DNA from: Trichodelitschia bisporula
Lineage: Eukaryota
Assembly: GCA_010356995.1 (NCBI GenBank)
Contig: ML996688.1
Coordinates: 124,001 to 188,000, forward strand
Direction: 5' to 3'
DNA: 64,000 nt
Part shown: in pieces, positions 23,760 through 37,180 of the stretch
Layout: each line of letters begins with the position of its first letter
Position numbering within the stretch: the first letter of the stretch is position 1
Made by a program: the position numbers and the translations under genes
Notes under the pieces: generated by a model
Seen by the model: the letters and a program-made list of their open reading frames with translations, nothing else
Databases searched by the model: none
Told to the model about the DNA's origin: nothing

Positions 23760-26700
23760 ATGCGGCGCTACACGCGCCCTGGCGCTGGCGGCACCCTCTA
23801 CTACAAGGCATCTTCGTCGTCGGATCCCGTCACCCTCATCCACAGCTTCGACTCTGACTCGCTACCCACGCGTCCTGTGCGCCCATCTCCGCTCTCTGCC
23901 AGCACTATCCAAGGCCTGCCGCTCGACCTCCTCAACCGCCTGCGTACCTTTCCCCTCTTCCTCAGCGCGCCGGACAGCTTTCTACAAGAGGTCGGGCAGC
24001 ATTTGCGCCCGCAGCTATATCAGCCCCACGAACCGGTGCTCAATGAGGGTGACGATGCAAAGGCCATGTACTGGCTCGTCCGGGGCGCCCTGCGCGTCAC
24101 AAGCAGAGATGGCGAGAGCACCTATGCGGAGCTGCTGCCAGGCGCATTTTTCGGCGAAATCGGCGTGCTTATGGGCGTTCCGCGGACGGCCACCATTGTC
24201 GCTAAGCTGAAGAGTCTGGTCGTTCGTCTTGGCCGCGAAGACCTGGTGCGAATACTGGCCGACTACCCCGCGGTTGAACGGGCGATCCGCGAGGAGGCAG
24301 CCGAGAGGCTGTCTATCCTCGACCGGAAGAAACGCGAGGGCCAGGCGGCGAAGACGCTGAACAACCTCGCGCGTCAAGGCGTGGTGCGCAAGCGGCCGCG
24401 TGAGGATGAGAAGCTGGCTGATCTGAGGATTGAGCCGGAGCCAAAGCCGGAGGTGCCACTCATTGGACCCGCACCACACGGCAAGAAACGCAAAAGTCCT
24501 TCCCCGAGCCTCGTCGAGACGGTACGGGACAGTGCGTTGGGGAGTGGCAGCGTCAACGTGCGCCAGCTGCTACGTGAGCTGCCGCTCTTTGGGCAGCTTC
24601 CGCCTGCGATTTTGCACTTTCTTGGTCTAAACGCCCAACCGCGTACGTATCCTCCATTTACAGACATCATACGGCAAGGCGAGCGTGGACGAGATGTCTA
24701 TTTTATTGTGCGAGGCGAAGTGGAGGTTGTGGTCGAAGAGCGCTCAACGCCTTCTGCCACTGGCGATGCGAACATGGAGGACGGCTCAATGCCTTCTCCG
24801 ACCCCGAGCGTCGACACGGTCATCAAGGCCCGGCTACGCGCAGGCCAGTACTTTGGCGAGGTTGTGTCGCTGTCGCTTGCTCCGCGCCGCACGGCCACCG
24901 TCCGATCTGTCACCGCTGTTGAGTGTCTTATGATCTCTGGCTCCACTTTGGACGATCTGTGGGCCATGTGCGGCCCTGATATTCGCAAACAGGTTGAACG
25001 CACCGCCCGCGAACGTTTAGCAGACCAGTCACCGACGCAGACGCAAGCGAGTCTACCCTCACTCTCAGCCGGCATCAGTCCGCAACCAGCTATCATAGTT
25101 CCCCCTCCACCCTCCGACGCAGATATTCCAATGCCGGACGCCGACTCCGTCCCGACGCTGAAAGTGGACGCCGAGCCACCCCCGCGTCGTCCGCAAAGTG
25201 TAACCTTCAACCTCCCCCCCTTCCTTCCCTCTGACGACACCCGAACCGAAGAACGCACCGTGGAGGCCCAAGTCGACCCCGACCCCTTCCTCAACATCGA
25301 CCTGGAAAACGTGCGTTCCCGCTCCCGCCGCGGCAGCCTCGCGCCGCCGCAATCCCCTGGAGTCCCAAGCTCGCCCAACTCCAGCGCTCCAAGCGAGGAG
25401 CACACAAACGGCATGACCCTCCTTCCCATGCCGCTCAATTTCAGGCTCGGCTCCCCCCCTCGAGCCCTCAGCACCCCCTTCCCCGATCCCCTCAGCCCAA
25501 CCACCCGCCTCACCTTCGCCCACCTAAGCAACAAACGCGCGCGCACAGGCCGAATTCACCCGCCCGCCACGCTCCTCGCCTCGAGTCGGGGCCGCAAACT
25601 CCCCGACGCGGTGCTAACGCAGGTCTTCGCCAACCTACCCCTCGCGCCGCTGCTCCGCGCCCGTGCCGTCTGCGTCCACTGGCTCGATCTCATCAGCCAC
25701 GCGCCCGCCGCGCTGCCCGTCCTCGACCTGCGCCCCTATAACCGGCTCGTCACCGACGCGGTGTTGACCACCGTCATAGCGCCGTTTGTGCGCGAGCGCC
25801 CCCGCGTCGTGGACCTTAGTCACTGCTTCCACGTCACGGACGAGGGGTTTGGGGCTTTGGCGCGCGCGTGCGGCGCGGGCGTGCGCGTGTGGCGCATGCG
25901 CAGCGTGTGGGATGTCAGCGGACAGGCGGTGCTGGAGATGGTGGGCCGGGCACGGGGGCTCGAAGAGGTGGATTTGAGTAATTGTCGCAAGGTCGGGGAT
26001 AATCTGCTCGCCCGCGTGGTGGGTTGGGTTGTGCCGGAAGGGTATGTGGCGCCTGCTGGGGAGGAGGGGCGCGGGCGGGGCAGGGGACGGAAGGGGAAAG
26101 AGGCCGTGGCGCAGGCGCAGGCTGTGCCTGGGACGGTGGTGGGGTGCTCGGGGCTCAAGCGGTTGACGCTGAGTTATTGCAAGCATATTACGGATCGGTC
26201 GATGGCGCATATTGCCGCTCATGCGGCGGGAAGGATTGAGGAGATGGATTTGACGAGGTGCACGACTATTACGGATGCGGGGTTTGCGCATTGGGGGTTG
26301 TATAATTTTGCGAGGCTGCGCCGGCTGGTGCTGGCGGATTGCACGTATTTGACGGATCATGCGGTTGTGAGTTTGTGTAATGCGGCGAAGGGGTTGAGGG
26401 AATTGGATTTGGTGAGTTTTTTGGGAAAGCTTTTGGGATGGGGCTAATGGGTTCAGAGTTTCTGCTGCGCGCTATCTGACACGGCGACGGAGGTCCTGGC
26501 GCTGGGATGTCCGCATCTTACGCATTTAAATCTTGCGTTTTGCGGGTCTGCGGTTTCGGATGCGAGTCTCCGTGCTGTGGGGCTGCATTTGCTTGAGTTG
26601 CAGGATCTGTCAGTACGCGGATGCGTAAGGGTTACAGGGAAGGGAGTCGAGGCGGTGGTTGAGGGGTGTGGGCGACTTGTCAGGTTTGATGTGTCGCAGT

Positions 26701-26828
26701 GTAGGAATCTGGTCGACTGGGTGAGGCTGGGGGGTGTGGGGAGAGTTAATGAGAAGTATCGGAGGGGACGGGAGTGGGATGTTGCGTTTTGTGTTGTTGC
26801 TGATGGGAGGTGGAGGGAGGTTAGGTGA
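23760..26828 (+). CDS. Cyclic nucleotide-binding (2x CNB) F-box/leucine-rich repeat protein (intron 26412-26456)
   Basis: CNB motifs FFGEIGVL..PRTATI and YFGEV..RRTATV; F-box LPDAVLTQVFANL..VCVHW; cysteine-containing LRRs (LSYCKHITD, LTRCTTITD, LSFCCALSD after splicing). Confidence 0.94.
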
Positions 26829-27988
26829 TAGGGGAGGTGTTGCATGATGGGAGTTTTGGGCATTGCAGAGCACGGGTTTTGGATATATGAGGGGATTCTT
26901 GGGTAGATGTTGGGGTTGTGTGTATGAGGCGTTCTTTCGTTACTCCTGGGAGCGTGGTGTGGTGGGGTTGTTGGCTGTAGATTTGTTGGATATCCTAGTG
27001 TATGATGATGGCCTCGTGGGGGCAAGTTTTCGGTTCTTTAAGAGGGGAATGTTGAGAGTGATAGTCCTATACTCGTATCCGTGGAGATCGGGCCACACAC
27101 GACTTCGTGCGCGAGGATATTGGCTGTGCTTTTTACCAAGCGACGGGCAAAGGTCTCCAATTCAAGCCTTTCTAGCTATACCCGACAATACAATCGAATC
27201 ATCGCGGTATCAAATCCCACTAAACCAGCCGTCCCGTATTTTCCCCACGCGGCTGCCCAGACCCCACCCCGGCCCGATCCGCCGTTGTGCCATGCAGGGG
27301 GGTCCAATCCGCGTGGCGTTGGCGCGGTGCACGGATGCTGGGGTTTGACGACAACTGCAGTCGACGCGGAGAACGAAGGGTCATACTTGTAGATGACCCG
27401 GCTCCACCGTTTGGGGGTGGGTTGCTTCATCGTGGATTCTGTTTGGCGTGACTGCGCTGATGACTGCAGAGGACTGTAACGATGGCTATGGCTGTGTATA
27501 AAAGCTGCTGAAGAATTTGGCCGGAGGGAGCGGGACTGACGCAGGATATACGCCGCTGAGCAGCTCACCATCATGCCATCCTCCCCACAGCAAAAATACC
27601 CACGGCAATTTAGCGAGAGGTTCAGGGCGCTAATATAGCTTTTACGGCGGCAATCCGCGCGGCGATGAAGCCGTCCTTCCGTCCGCAGACGACGCTGAAA
27701 GACAAAATACCAAGAGTATCTGGACCGCTATGCTGCTTGATGGGGAGATTGAGGCGGAGGGTAACTGGGGGTGTGGGGGGGAGATGGTTTGGTATCGTGC
27801 TGAGTTTCAGATGAAAGCGACACGCTAACTTTGCTGCTCAAACATGCGGAAGGAGGTCGAGATGGGGATGCGCCGGCTACAGCTTTAGGCTATGAAGACG
27901 TCGAAGTGGATGGGCTAAACGCGTAATCTGTCGGCATAACGCACCAACCGTCTTACGCGGGGGCTTTATATTCACCGCTGATGCCTGC

Positions 27989-28652
27989 TCAACGCTGCTG
28001 GAAGACGCATGGCTCCAGCGGCTCTGGCCTTCCGTCCAGCAGATATAGCAAACGGTAGACCCCATAGATCCACCTTCCATGTCGGCCAACAGTCCTAAAT
28101 AACCGGCTCCTGCTCCAGCATCCGACGACATGTCGGAAAAGCACTGCTGTACGAGACAGGAAGATGTACGAGAAGCCTCTCGGCGCAGAGCTACGTCGGC
28201 ATATCAACTGCCAACTCTTACCGGCAATATGACAGCCGGCTAGCGCTGGAGTGGCTGGAGTGAGTGCTGGCTCCTTCCATAAAATATCCGTTTGCTCGCG
28301 GTTCGCTCGATTGGGCAAGTGTGGCGAGTATTCGCGTGGTCTGTGCGTGATGAATGGTGGTGGTAAATTCACTGAGTTCCGCTCGTCGACTTCTTCTTTG
28401 CCCCACGAAAGTTTCGAAAAAGTTCCTTTCCTCGACAACCGCTTCCACATTTGCCGACGCTTGCTCCATTGCTTTGCGGCTTCGAACTTACTACTGGTCG
28501 TTTCTCTCACGATGGTGTGGACGCTTCCGAGGCTGCAAGTTTCACGCTCAATTCGTCTAGCCATCTTCCTGGTCAGCAACTCATCATAGTAGTAGCTCCA
28601 GTTTGATTGGTTTGTTCTCACTGCTTCGCCAGTCTGAACTTTCTGCTTGTCA
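27989..28652 (-). CDS. Possible hypothetical protein
   Basis: ORF of about 220 aa with a plausible N-terminal half; no motif recognised. Confidence 0.3.
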
Positions 28653-28775
28653 TCACTCACACTCGTGTGCTACCGCTCCTGTTCCTGTAAGTTTCACTGT
28701 CCTTTCGCTTAACCATCATCCTCTTCATAACTACGAATCATCATCGCTAGCACACATCATCACCAACGTAGCACA

Positions 28776-30085
28776 ATGGATTTCTTTAGAACCACACGCC
28801 TGGGGCCCGGCATACCAAGCGACCCCAAATCCTCCGGGGTCCTAGATCTCGTCGACACGATCATCCCACGGATCCTCGAGGCGATGCACACCATCGACAA
28901 TAGAGCCCTCCTCGACACCTTCCTCGACGCGATTGACATCATCCGCTCGCTGCTCCACTACATCGCCGCCTTCGCAGCCTCCAACTCGCCATACCAAATC
29001 CTCGCCGCGAACCCAGAGTCCGCAGCACAATGGGCCCAGACTGCCGCCGACACCATCGCTCTGTTCCGCGGCTTGGCCCACAACACCATGCTGGCCTGCG
29101 TACGCGCTGCGCTTCCGCACGTTGTAATGGAAGATGGGAACGACCCGCGGGCGAAGCACCTGGGCGCGCGTTTTGCCGCTACACTGGCTATGCCCATGCT
29201 GGAAACTATGATCCGTGACTTGTTGACGCGCTTAAGGGCGCGCCGCTGTTCAAATGCTCGGCGGAGTGTGTGCGTCGTGGAGCTGGGGTGACACGGGTGT
29301 GTGCGTATACGCGTATGAGGGAGGGGTTTGTTGTTACTGTATGTGAAGCGGTTGGGAAGTTGGATGGAATTTGAATGTTCGTGGAGGCGACGAGGGTGGT
29401 GACGAGGGAGATCCAGATGGAGGCGGTGATGATGCTTGTGGATGAGGAGTTGCGGACTATAGGGCCGGTGTGGTATGATCCCTTTCGGCCGACGACTTCA
29501 TTGCCACTTGTGCCCAAACCACACGATAAGCGTGTGGCCGGGGACACCACTTTGAACGCGGCGAACGCCCCGGGTGATCACACAGCCTCTCTAGCGGACA
29601 ACAAGGCTGAACCGGCACTTCAGTCACAATCCGGCCCCTCCATGCGAACCGTGGATGATCACTCCCTTCTAGGCTCCTCGACTTCCACGGACATCAGCGA
29701 CTGCGCCCGCCGGGCCCTCGGGATGCTCCCAACCCGGCGCTATGCCGCGGCGCGCCGCAAGGTGCCGAGTCCCTTGTCTCCCACCGGCGCCGTCATCGAT
29801 TCCGATTCAGACGCCCGGCCTGCTCGTACTATAGCCGAGCCGACCCGCGCCACGCCTTGTCCACCGCCGGTCCTGCGCTCGGACGTCGACCCGCGCGAGG
29901 ACGGCACCTGCGACATACAGTCCGAAGCCGGATCGTTGGCAGCCGTTGGCAGGACGCTGGCTTCTATCTGCAAGGCTCTGGACCTTGCGTGTGAAGGGCG
30001 GGGTGTGGGTGGCATTCCGGGCCAGCCGCGGGTTGGGCCTCTGGGTAGGAGCGTGGCAGTGGGGAGGGCGAATGCTGCCTGCTAG
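28776..30085 (+). pseudogene. Probable disrupted hypothetical gene
   Basis: ORF 28776-29291 appears to continue after a frame change near 29220, then passes an in-frame TGA (29372-29374) into ORF 29375-30085. Confidence 0.4.
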
Positions 30086-30796
30086 TCTGGCGTGAGGGGG
30101 AGGGAGTTGGTCGTGGGTCTGCCGGAGGAGGGGCAGGGGAGGGGGAGGGATGAGGAGGATTGTGTGGTGAGTCGGTTGACTCTCAGGGCGGAGGAGTTAA
30201 TTAGGATGGGGGCGGGGCGGGGATGAGGGTTCGTATGTGGAGGATGGTGGGTGTGGTTGACTGTCTGTTGTGGTAGTTCTTCATCTTTGATCTGACTGGA
30301 GTGTTTTCTGCTGGTTCACGTATCGTGAGCTGCAGGAGCCGTTGATCATGTTACGTTAGATCTAGAGGAAGAATCTCTGCTGTGGTGGACGACTATGTTG
30401 TTGGCCGTGAATATGTCGTGATTCACAACCGTATTATGGCTCTTGAGAGGCCTCTCTCGGAATAAATTCCGGTCTAACTAAACGGTGGTATCATTCTCGC
30501 TGAAGGGCTTTATCTGATTGGATTTGATGGATTTTTGCCCTATTTGGATAGATCTCTTTCATATTGCAATCGGGATACATCAGTGTCATCTAGGTAATCA
30601 CGGAAAGAATCGGATCTGCGATTGAACCGTCTTTCGCACCGGGACTAACTATTGCGAGATTTTACCACTCCTTCAATTGTTTCCTTCTACTCCATCTCCT
30701 GTTGACAGCTCGAAACATAGTTGATTACCTAAGTCGTCCTCTCAGCGTTTAATTTTGGCTCAAGTATAATTCTTGTAATTCTTCTCACATCAGAAA

Positions 30797-30886
30797 CTGT
30801 CCTTAGTCTAGTTGGTTATGGCGTCCGGCTGTAATGGTATCACCTTGTAAACCGGAAAGTCCCCAGTTCGATTCTGGGAGGACAGA
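30797..30886 (+). tRNA. tRNA-Tyr(GTA) with intron 30835-30850
   Basis: Acceptor CTGTCCT/AGGACAG+A (C1:G72, A73); anticodon stem TCCGG/CCGGA with CT-GTA-A; T arm CCCAG-TTCGATT-CTGGG; downstream T-run. Confidence 0.95.
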
Positions 30887-31275
30887 CATGATTACCTTTT
30901 TGTCTTTTTTTTGGCTCACTCACATTTCATATCACGAGTACCCGCACTTTGGTTTAAGCGTTGTGTGCCCTGCGGTGGAACGTGGTCGGAACGTAGTCGA
31001 GCCAAGGCCTTGAACCATGCAACACTCGAAGGCTGAAGCCTTGCAAGGTGAACTCAATGTCGTCACTGCTTATATGTAAATTCTACTTTATGTTCTGGTC
31101 CATGCACATGGTTAGCTGGCCGACAGTCACAGCCAGGTTACAAACAGTCCTCGGAGCGGTTCAAAGTGAGCCAAAAAGAAGGACCACGTGGGTGAAAGGC
31201 TCTTTGCCGGATCTCTCTGGCCCTGTTCCCACACGTTTGGGACGCTTGCACGAAGTCAAAAAAAGATGAGGGCAT

Positions 31276-31358
31276 TGAACCCGACCCGACTTGAACGGAT
31301 AACCTTCTGGTCATTCCATTGTCTGGAATCAGATGCGCTACCGTTGCGCCACGGGTCC
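31276..31358 (-). tRNA. tRNA-Trp(CCA) with intron 31312-31322
   Basis: GGACCCG/CGGGTTC+A; D arm GCGC-AACGGTA-GCGC; TCTGA-TT-CCA-G; T arm ATCCG-TTCAAGT-CGGGT; T7 terminator at 31258-31264. Confidence 0.93.
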
Positions 31359-31497
31359 GATGTGAGGCCCGATGACGGTGGTTCCGTCACTCCTATATAC
31401 CGATGCGTGTATGTACATCAACCGTTTTCGCCTCATTATCCGCCGTCATGCCATATGGCTATTTACAAGACTCCAACCAGCCCTCGTCCCAAACTCC

Positions 31498-32425
31498 TCA
31501 CACATAATACTGCCTCTGCAACCAATCATCCTCCCCAAAATTATCCTTCACACACTGCCCCAGCGACTGGCACTCCTTGCTATCAAACGGCGCATACGCC
31601 CAAAACGCATTACTCTTTGCCGTGTAATTCGCGCTTCCCACTGGGACATTAACGGGCATGTCCTGGATCGCATAATCCACGTACCCGACCACGCCCACGC
31701 CTAGTCCGCCGGCTACTTCGCGCACGATCCGCGCTGTTGCTGCGTGGTCTGGGTGGTCGTAGCTGCCGTCCCATCCGCGCGTCCAGTCTTGCGTTCGCAC
31801 GATGCTGGGTTTCCGCGCCTTGATGACGTCACCCAGTGCCGACTTGATGTCGGAGAGTGACCACCCGCCGATTGACGAGGCTGATCCCGTGTACACCTTT
31901 TTCAGACTCTGCCCGCCGGTCCCGCTGAAGCCGGTTCCATCGCCGTTGCCGTCCGGGAGGCGGAACCACAGATGCTGGACATGTGGCGCGGCGGTTAGGG
32001 TGTGCAGCGCCACGCTTTGGCCGCCGAGTTTGACGGTGGATTCTTTCCACGGACTATCGGGCTTGACGCCCGCCATGAGGGCGTACGCTTGCTTATTCCC
32101 CGTTTCGCGGTCGCGGGCGTAGGACGAGGACGGGCCGGCACCGGCATCGCCCGCCGTGAGGTAGATGCTGGTGATACAGGTTTTGTGTCCGATTTCGGTG
32201 GGGAGGTCGGGGGATTGGAAGAGCAGGTCGTCGTCGGGGTGGGCGACGATGTAGAGGGAGCCGCTGAGGGTGTTAGACGGGTTTGGGGTAGGGTGAGGGG
32301 GAGGGGTGGTACCCGGTGCAGGTCCAGGGCGAGGAGCTGACGGCTTTGATGCTCGCGGCTTGGGTGAAGAGGTCATTGAGCGCCTTTGTGATGAGCAGCG
32401 GGATGGTGATCATCCACGCCGGCAT
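31498..32425 (-). CDS. PIG-L/LmbE-family deacetylase (intron 32264-32312)
   Basis: IVAHPDDDLLF, YLTAGDAG, RETG, FRLPDG and DHPDH metal-binding motifs. Confidence 0.92.
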
Positions 32426-33660
32426 TTTGACCAAGAACGAAAGACGAGATCACAACCAAATCCCACAAAACAGCGACTTCAAAACTTCACCCGCCAAAAA
32501 CTCCAGACGACAGCAAACCCAGATACATACTGCACTGGCGCCGCGGGCGGCGAGGGCAGGTATTTACGCAGGCTCATCATATCGGCACGCCATGCACAGT
32601 GACCTTGATGCGGCGTTCGGCCCACAGCAATGTCACCGCCGAACTACCCAACCACGCCCGCCGAGCATGCTACCGTTTCGCCGCCTCCATTAACACGCGA
32701 AACGCCCGTTCCGCACGCCATCCCGCCGCCGCGAGGCTGGCCACTCGTTGGCGAGACATGGAGGCGTGCGCGAGCGGGATTGGCGCCAAGAAGGGCGTGA
32801 GGGCGACTCGTGGGCGCTGGAAGACGCCGCTTGGGTTTTTCAGCTGCGGGGTGGAGGGGCCGGTGCGGGGGTGCGAGCTGAGAGGGGGAGGCTGGGAAGT
32901 CGTCATTTATGTGTTTTGTTGCAGGATGCGGGATGCTGGATTCGGGATTTTGGATTTTAAGTTGGGAGTTGGGTGGTGCGTGATGCATGATGCGTGATTC
33001 GTGAGCACGTCGCGACGCTGCCAATTCGTGGCGCTGATAAGATGCTTGGATTTTCCAGGAGATATCGCGTAGCCTTGCGGCTACTGCAGGAACGAGACGT
33101 CGATCAGCACCAGGGGTTGAGATTGAGGGGTGATGCTATTTTGACGCTGTCAGCGTGAGCTACTACGGTACCGTACATACGAAAGCGCGATTGTTTAGAC
33201 GGAAATAAAGAGTCAGCACTATCCTTGGTGGACGATGATGGTTCGGAGTTCGGATGTCGCAGTGCCACGTTGTGGCAGGCGCAGGCCAATGGGAGACTGG
33301 GAATTACCGAGTGTGCGGCTGCGACGAGGACGTTGGTGCACTGTTTCGACGATATGCAAAGCAGATTCATGCGCGCAGTTAAATCATATCGATTGGGGAA
33401 AAGACGTCGTTCGCCTTGGAAGATCTAAATCGGGAGCCGAACGGGATCGCGGGAGAGCTACCCGTTGCTAGCTCTCCAATCACTTAGCGCAAGGGTATTC
33501 TGACCGACATGCCGTTGAAAAAAGCTCCTCTTCACAAACCTCTCCACCAAGGCTGAGGTTGAAAATATCCCACACACCATCACTCAGCAAACCTTTCCTG
33601 AGGCATCCATACCCACAGGTTTCTGATATATATCGATCAATCCTCATCACCAAACCAGGT

Positions 33661-34959
33661 CTACGGCGCCCAAACCTCCCCAACATCAGCCCTACCCTCC
33701 TCTTCCTCGTCCTCAATCTCGTAGACGGGATATGTGAGGAGCGCAGCTACCCCTCCAAGAGCCTCCAAGCGCTTCCCGCTCTCATGAGAAGAGCTCACGA
33801 TGCGTATCTCGCCTCCTTCAGCTTTGACTTTATCAACCAAAGCCACCCAGTGATTCCGCTCCGCAACATCCTGTGCCCTGAAGAGACTGTTGGTAATGAG
33901 CAAAATGCCGCCTCCGCGTCCCACAGCCCCCTTGTCGACACACGCCTCCACCTCCTTCGGGCCATACCATGCTTTTCCATCGTCCTTGCGAATAGACTCG
34001 TACATCCTATCCAGCAGGGCCGCGTCCCGGCCAAATTTCGTGTTGCTCAGTTTCGCTGTGACCTCGGGAGACTTGAGGACTTCGGACAGAGCGGCGAGGT
34101 GACCAGTGGAGGTGTGGGCGACTGTTATCTTCGGCAAGAGCGCAAGAAGCGGCTTGTGGGTGTTGGTTTGCGCATATGACTTCATGTAGTTGACGAAATT
34201 TTGCGCTGAGAAGCCGGGCGAGGCGATGAGAAGGGGCTTCAGGTCGCCAGGGACTGCGGTCGGGGAGGCGATATCCAGGACGCGGAGAAGCGCCTCGAGG
34301 ATCTGTGCATGAAATTTTCCGGTGGCCTGTATTGTCAGCAAGCGAGTGAGAGCATAAAGACCTTACGTACCTTGTCGTGTTCTCCTGTTTGCGCCCGCTT
34401 CTTGGGTATATTCCCCGTTATCCGCTGGTGAAGCACAGTCTGGTGCTCAGTCACATAGCAGATATTTGCCTGCCCCTCCGCCATGACAATAGCCCAGACC
34501 TGCGCGCGAGCCTGCGTGTTGACCATCTCCTGGAGCATCCCGATTGCCACACTGTCCCAGCCATCCTTCTTCTCAAGCGTAAATTGTCGTCGCAGCTCCA
34601 GGTCAAGCGTGTGATGGCCACCGAGCGGGGCATACTCGTTCTGCTCCGCTACGCGACCAGAGACGTGCAGCTGGCTCGCCGCTGGGTCGAAGTCCGTACC
34701 CGTCACGCGAAGCGTCAGCGTTGTGTGTATGCGTTTGGATGTGGTGTTGCCGTTGTTGCCTTCGGTGGTGACACGACGGACGGCGGAGGCGCGGAGGAGA
34801 TCGCCGGCGCGGATCAGGTTGTAGGCATGCCACTGAGGGGTTAGATACGTCTCTTTAGGGTTGAGTATCAGGACTTACCATGTCTTCAGGCTCCTCGGGG
34901 AAGAGAGTGGCAGTACCGGAGCCATCGCGCTGTATGATGTCCTGCTTGATGAGGCGCAT
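33661..34959 (-). CDS. DOM34: Pelota/Dom34 ribosome rescue factor (introns 34833-34878, 34327-34370)
   Basis: MRLIKQDI..PEEPEDMWHAYNLI, HHTLDLEL, WDSV, LIASPGF, AWYGPKEV, SSSHESGKRLEALGGVAALLTYP. Confidence 0.97.
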
Positions 34960-35439
34960 CGTAGCAGTCTAGCTCAAAGTGTACTGTTGTGTGTGTCTTG
35001 CTCGGCTCAGCGGTGGTGAGATCTCAAAGACTGACGTGAGGAAGGACGTCAGACTAACTGTGAGATCGTGCAAAGCTGTGCTCGAGATGGAGATGGATTT
35101 TGGGAACAGATTTTGGGGATATGCAAAGGAATCTTTAAGTATTTGAGTACCTGGAAGTTTGCATCGCCTCGAGGTGGGGTCCTCAAGGTGGAGTGACGAA
35201 TCCCCACCTTTACAGTATCCTGGCCGCTTGGCAGCCGCCCCTCGTCGCGCCATGACCTCATCCCGTCCACTGAGCCTTTGTCTCAGCCCTGTCAGCCGTG
35301 GGGTGGCCATCAAGTCAACAAAAGGGCCTCAACACGCACTTCTGGCTCGATCACCACATTCATTTATTTCAAGTACCCGGACGATTTATATTGCTCGTTT
35401 GCAGCCAGCGCAAAAAGCTCAAGCCGTACTACTCGTAGA

Positions 35440-36854
35440 TTCCGCCGCTGCTGAAAGCAGAGCTTCATCGAGCTCGGGATAAGTCCGATAGGAACTGTCC
35501 GATATTGCGAGGGAAAGCTGCCCTTTGTCGTCGACGCCCGTACCAAACTCCGCCGCAGCGGCTAGCAGAGCTTCATCGATCTTGGGATAGTCCCATAGGA
35601 ACTATCCAATTTTGTGGGAGAAGGCAGCCCTTTCTCGTCGACGCCCGTACTATACGCCGTCGTAGCAGCCAGCAGAGCTTCATCGATCTCGGGACTAGTC
35701 CCATAGGAACTGTCCGAATTTGCCGGGGAAAGCTGTACGTCGTTCTCCAAGCAGTCTCGCACAACCGGGCTCGGTCAGCCAAGTTCCGTCCAGTTAAGTA
35801 ATGCCTTTTTCGACCGAATGGGTTCCTTGATTGCAGTTGTAGTCGTCTTAAAGGAGCGCTCGCATTCCCCCGCGGCGCCGAACAGAGCTTCATTGAGCTT
35901 GGAACTAGTTCCATGAGAATTATCCGATTTTGCGGGGGAAAGGCGTACCTCCTTGTTCACGAACTGTCGCACAATTAGCCTCGGCCATCCAAGTCCTCCC
36001 CAGTCAGGCAACCTTTTCATCGGTGGAATAGTAGGTTCTTGAGTTGAAGACGTAGTTGTCTCAACGGACCGTGCGATTGTACTCGACTCCGCCGCAGCGG
36101 CTAGGAGAGCTTCATTGAGCTCGGGATTGATCCGATAAGAAGTCTCCGATTTTACGGGGGAGAGGTGTACGTCCTCTTTCAGACAGTCTCGGATAACCTG
36201 CCGCAGCCACCCAAGTCCCGTCCAGTCAGGCAGCTTTTTGCTCGGTCGAAGAGGTTCGCTGGCTGAAGATAAAGTCGTCTTAAACGACTGCTCGATCGTA
36301 CCCCCAGCGGACTGTATAGGCCGGCTAACAGTCCTAGTGCCGAAGGTCTCCGGCTTCACTTCAGTTTCAGCCTTCATACGCTTGCTATCCTCCGCAAGTG
36401 CAGCGGAACTACTCCCCATTGCAATTGGAACTCCACCCAGTAAAGCCTCCGACTAATCCCACTCGTCAGCGCACTCTTCCCCCTTTAGGAAACGCATTCT
36501 GCGATTCACCATGACGAAATAACTAACATCCCTTTCAGGCGCATCGCACTTACAGTAGACTTTCTCAAAAGTCTCCAAGCATTGCAGCAGATCTTCATCC
36601 GTGAGGCCCGTTTCGTACTCTGCGGGCTCCGTTTTTAGGCGCTTTATTCGAGCAACGGGCTCTTCTTTGCGCTTTCGCTTCATTTCCCAGGCTATTTCGT
36701 CGCCGTGGAGTATGAATACACGGTATATAGCCGTTGCGGCGAGGTTGAGCTTCTGAAGCTCGGATCTTGTAAGCCGTGGCATGAGGGTATACTCTGCGGA
36801 TGGCGCTTGTGGGTTTGGTGGGGGATACGAGGTTGTGCGGCGGAATGGCGGCAT
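35440..36854 (-). pseudogene. Repeat-containing hypothetical gene with a decayed 3' part (intron 36453-36527; TGA at 35775)
   Basis: Splicing joins ORFs 36453-36854 and 35775-36419 in frame; the repeat W..LGW...R..L...V.LSP..S..SYG..PELDEALLAA continues past a W-to-TGA stop and a later frameshift. Confidence 0.6.
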
Positions 36855-37180
36855 AGTGCTAGATGTGGTGTGTAGAGGAGATGATACTGGTGTACAAAGA
36901 ACATGGTGTATATAAAAATGCGCCTTATACGGAGTGCGGCTGTAGCCTGAGGTTTGAGTGATGGTGAGTGAAAGTTGTCGCGATGGAGGAGGCGAAGAGT
37001 TCACTGAAAGCATGCTGCGGTGCCCAAGGCTTTTGTTCATTGATTCTAGCCTTCCTTCCTAATGCGGTCGTTGCTTGGTATCAGGCCAAGATGCTCACCA
37101 GCCCAGTCTACCGGACCCAATGCCACCAGCCATGCAACTTCTTTTCCATTTTCTGGCCGCTCATCCTAACCTAGTTCCAC

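Noticed and set aside
30854..30864. GGAAAGTCCCC resembling RNase MRP CR-I
   Set aside because: Fully explained as part of tRNA-Tyr
29372..35777. Genome-wide UGA-to-Trp reassignment
   Set aside because: Conserved genes here (cactin, RRP41, monooxygenase, F-box) end at TGA and use TGG for Trp
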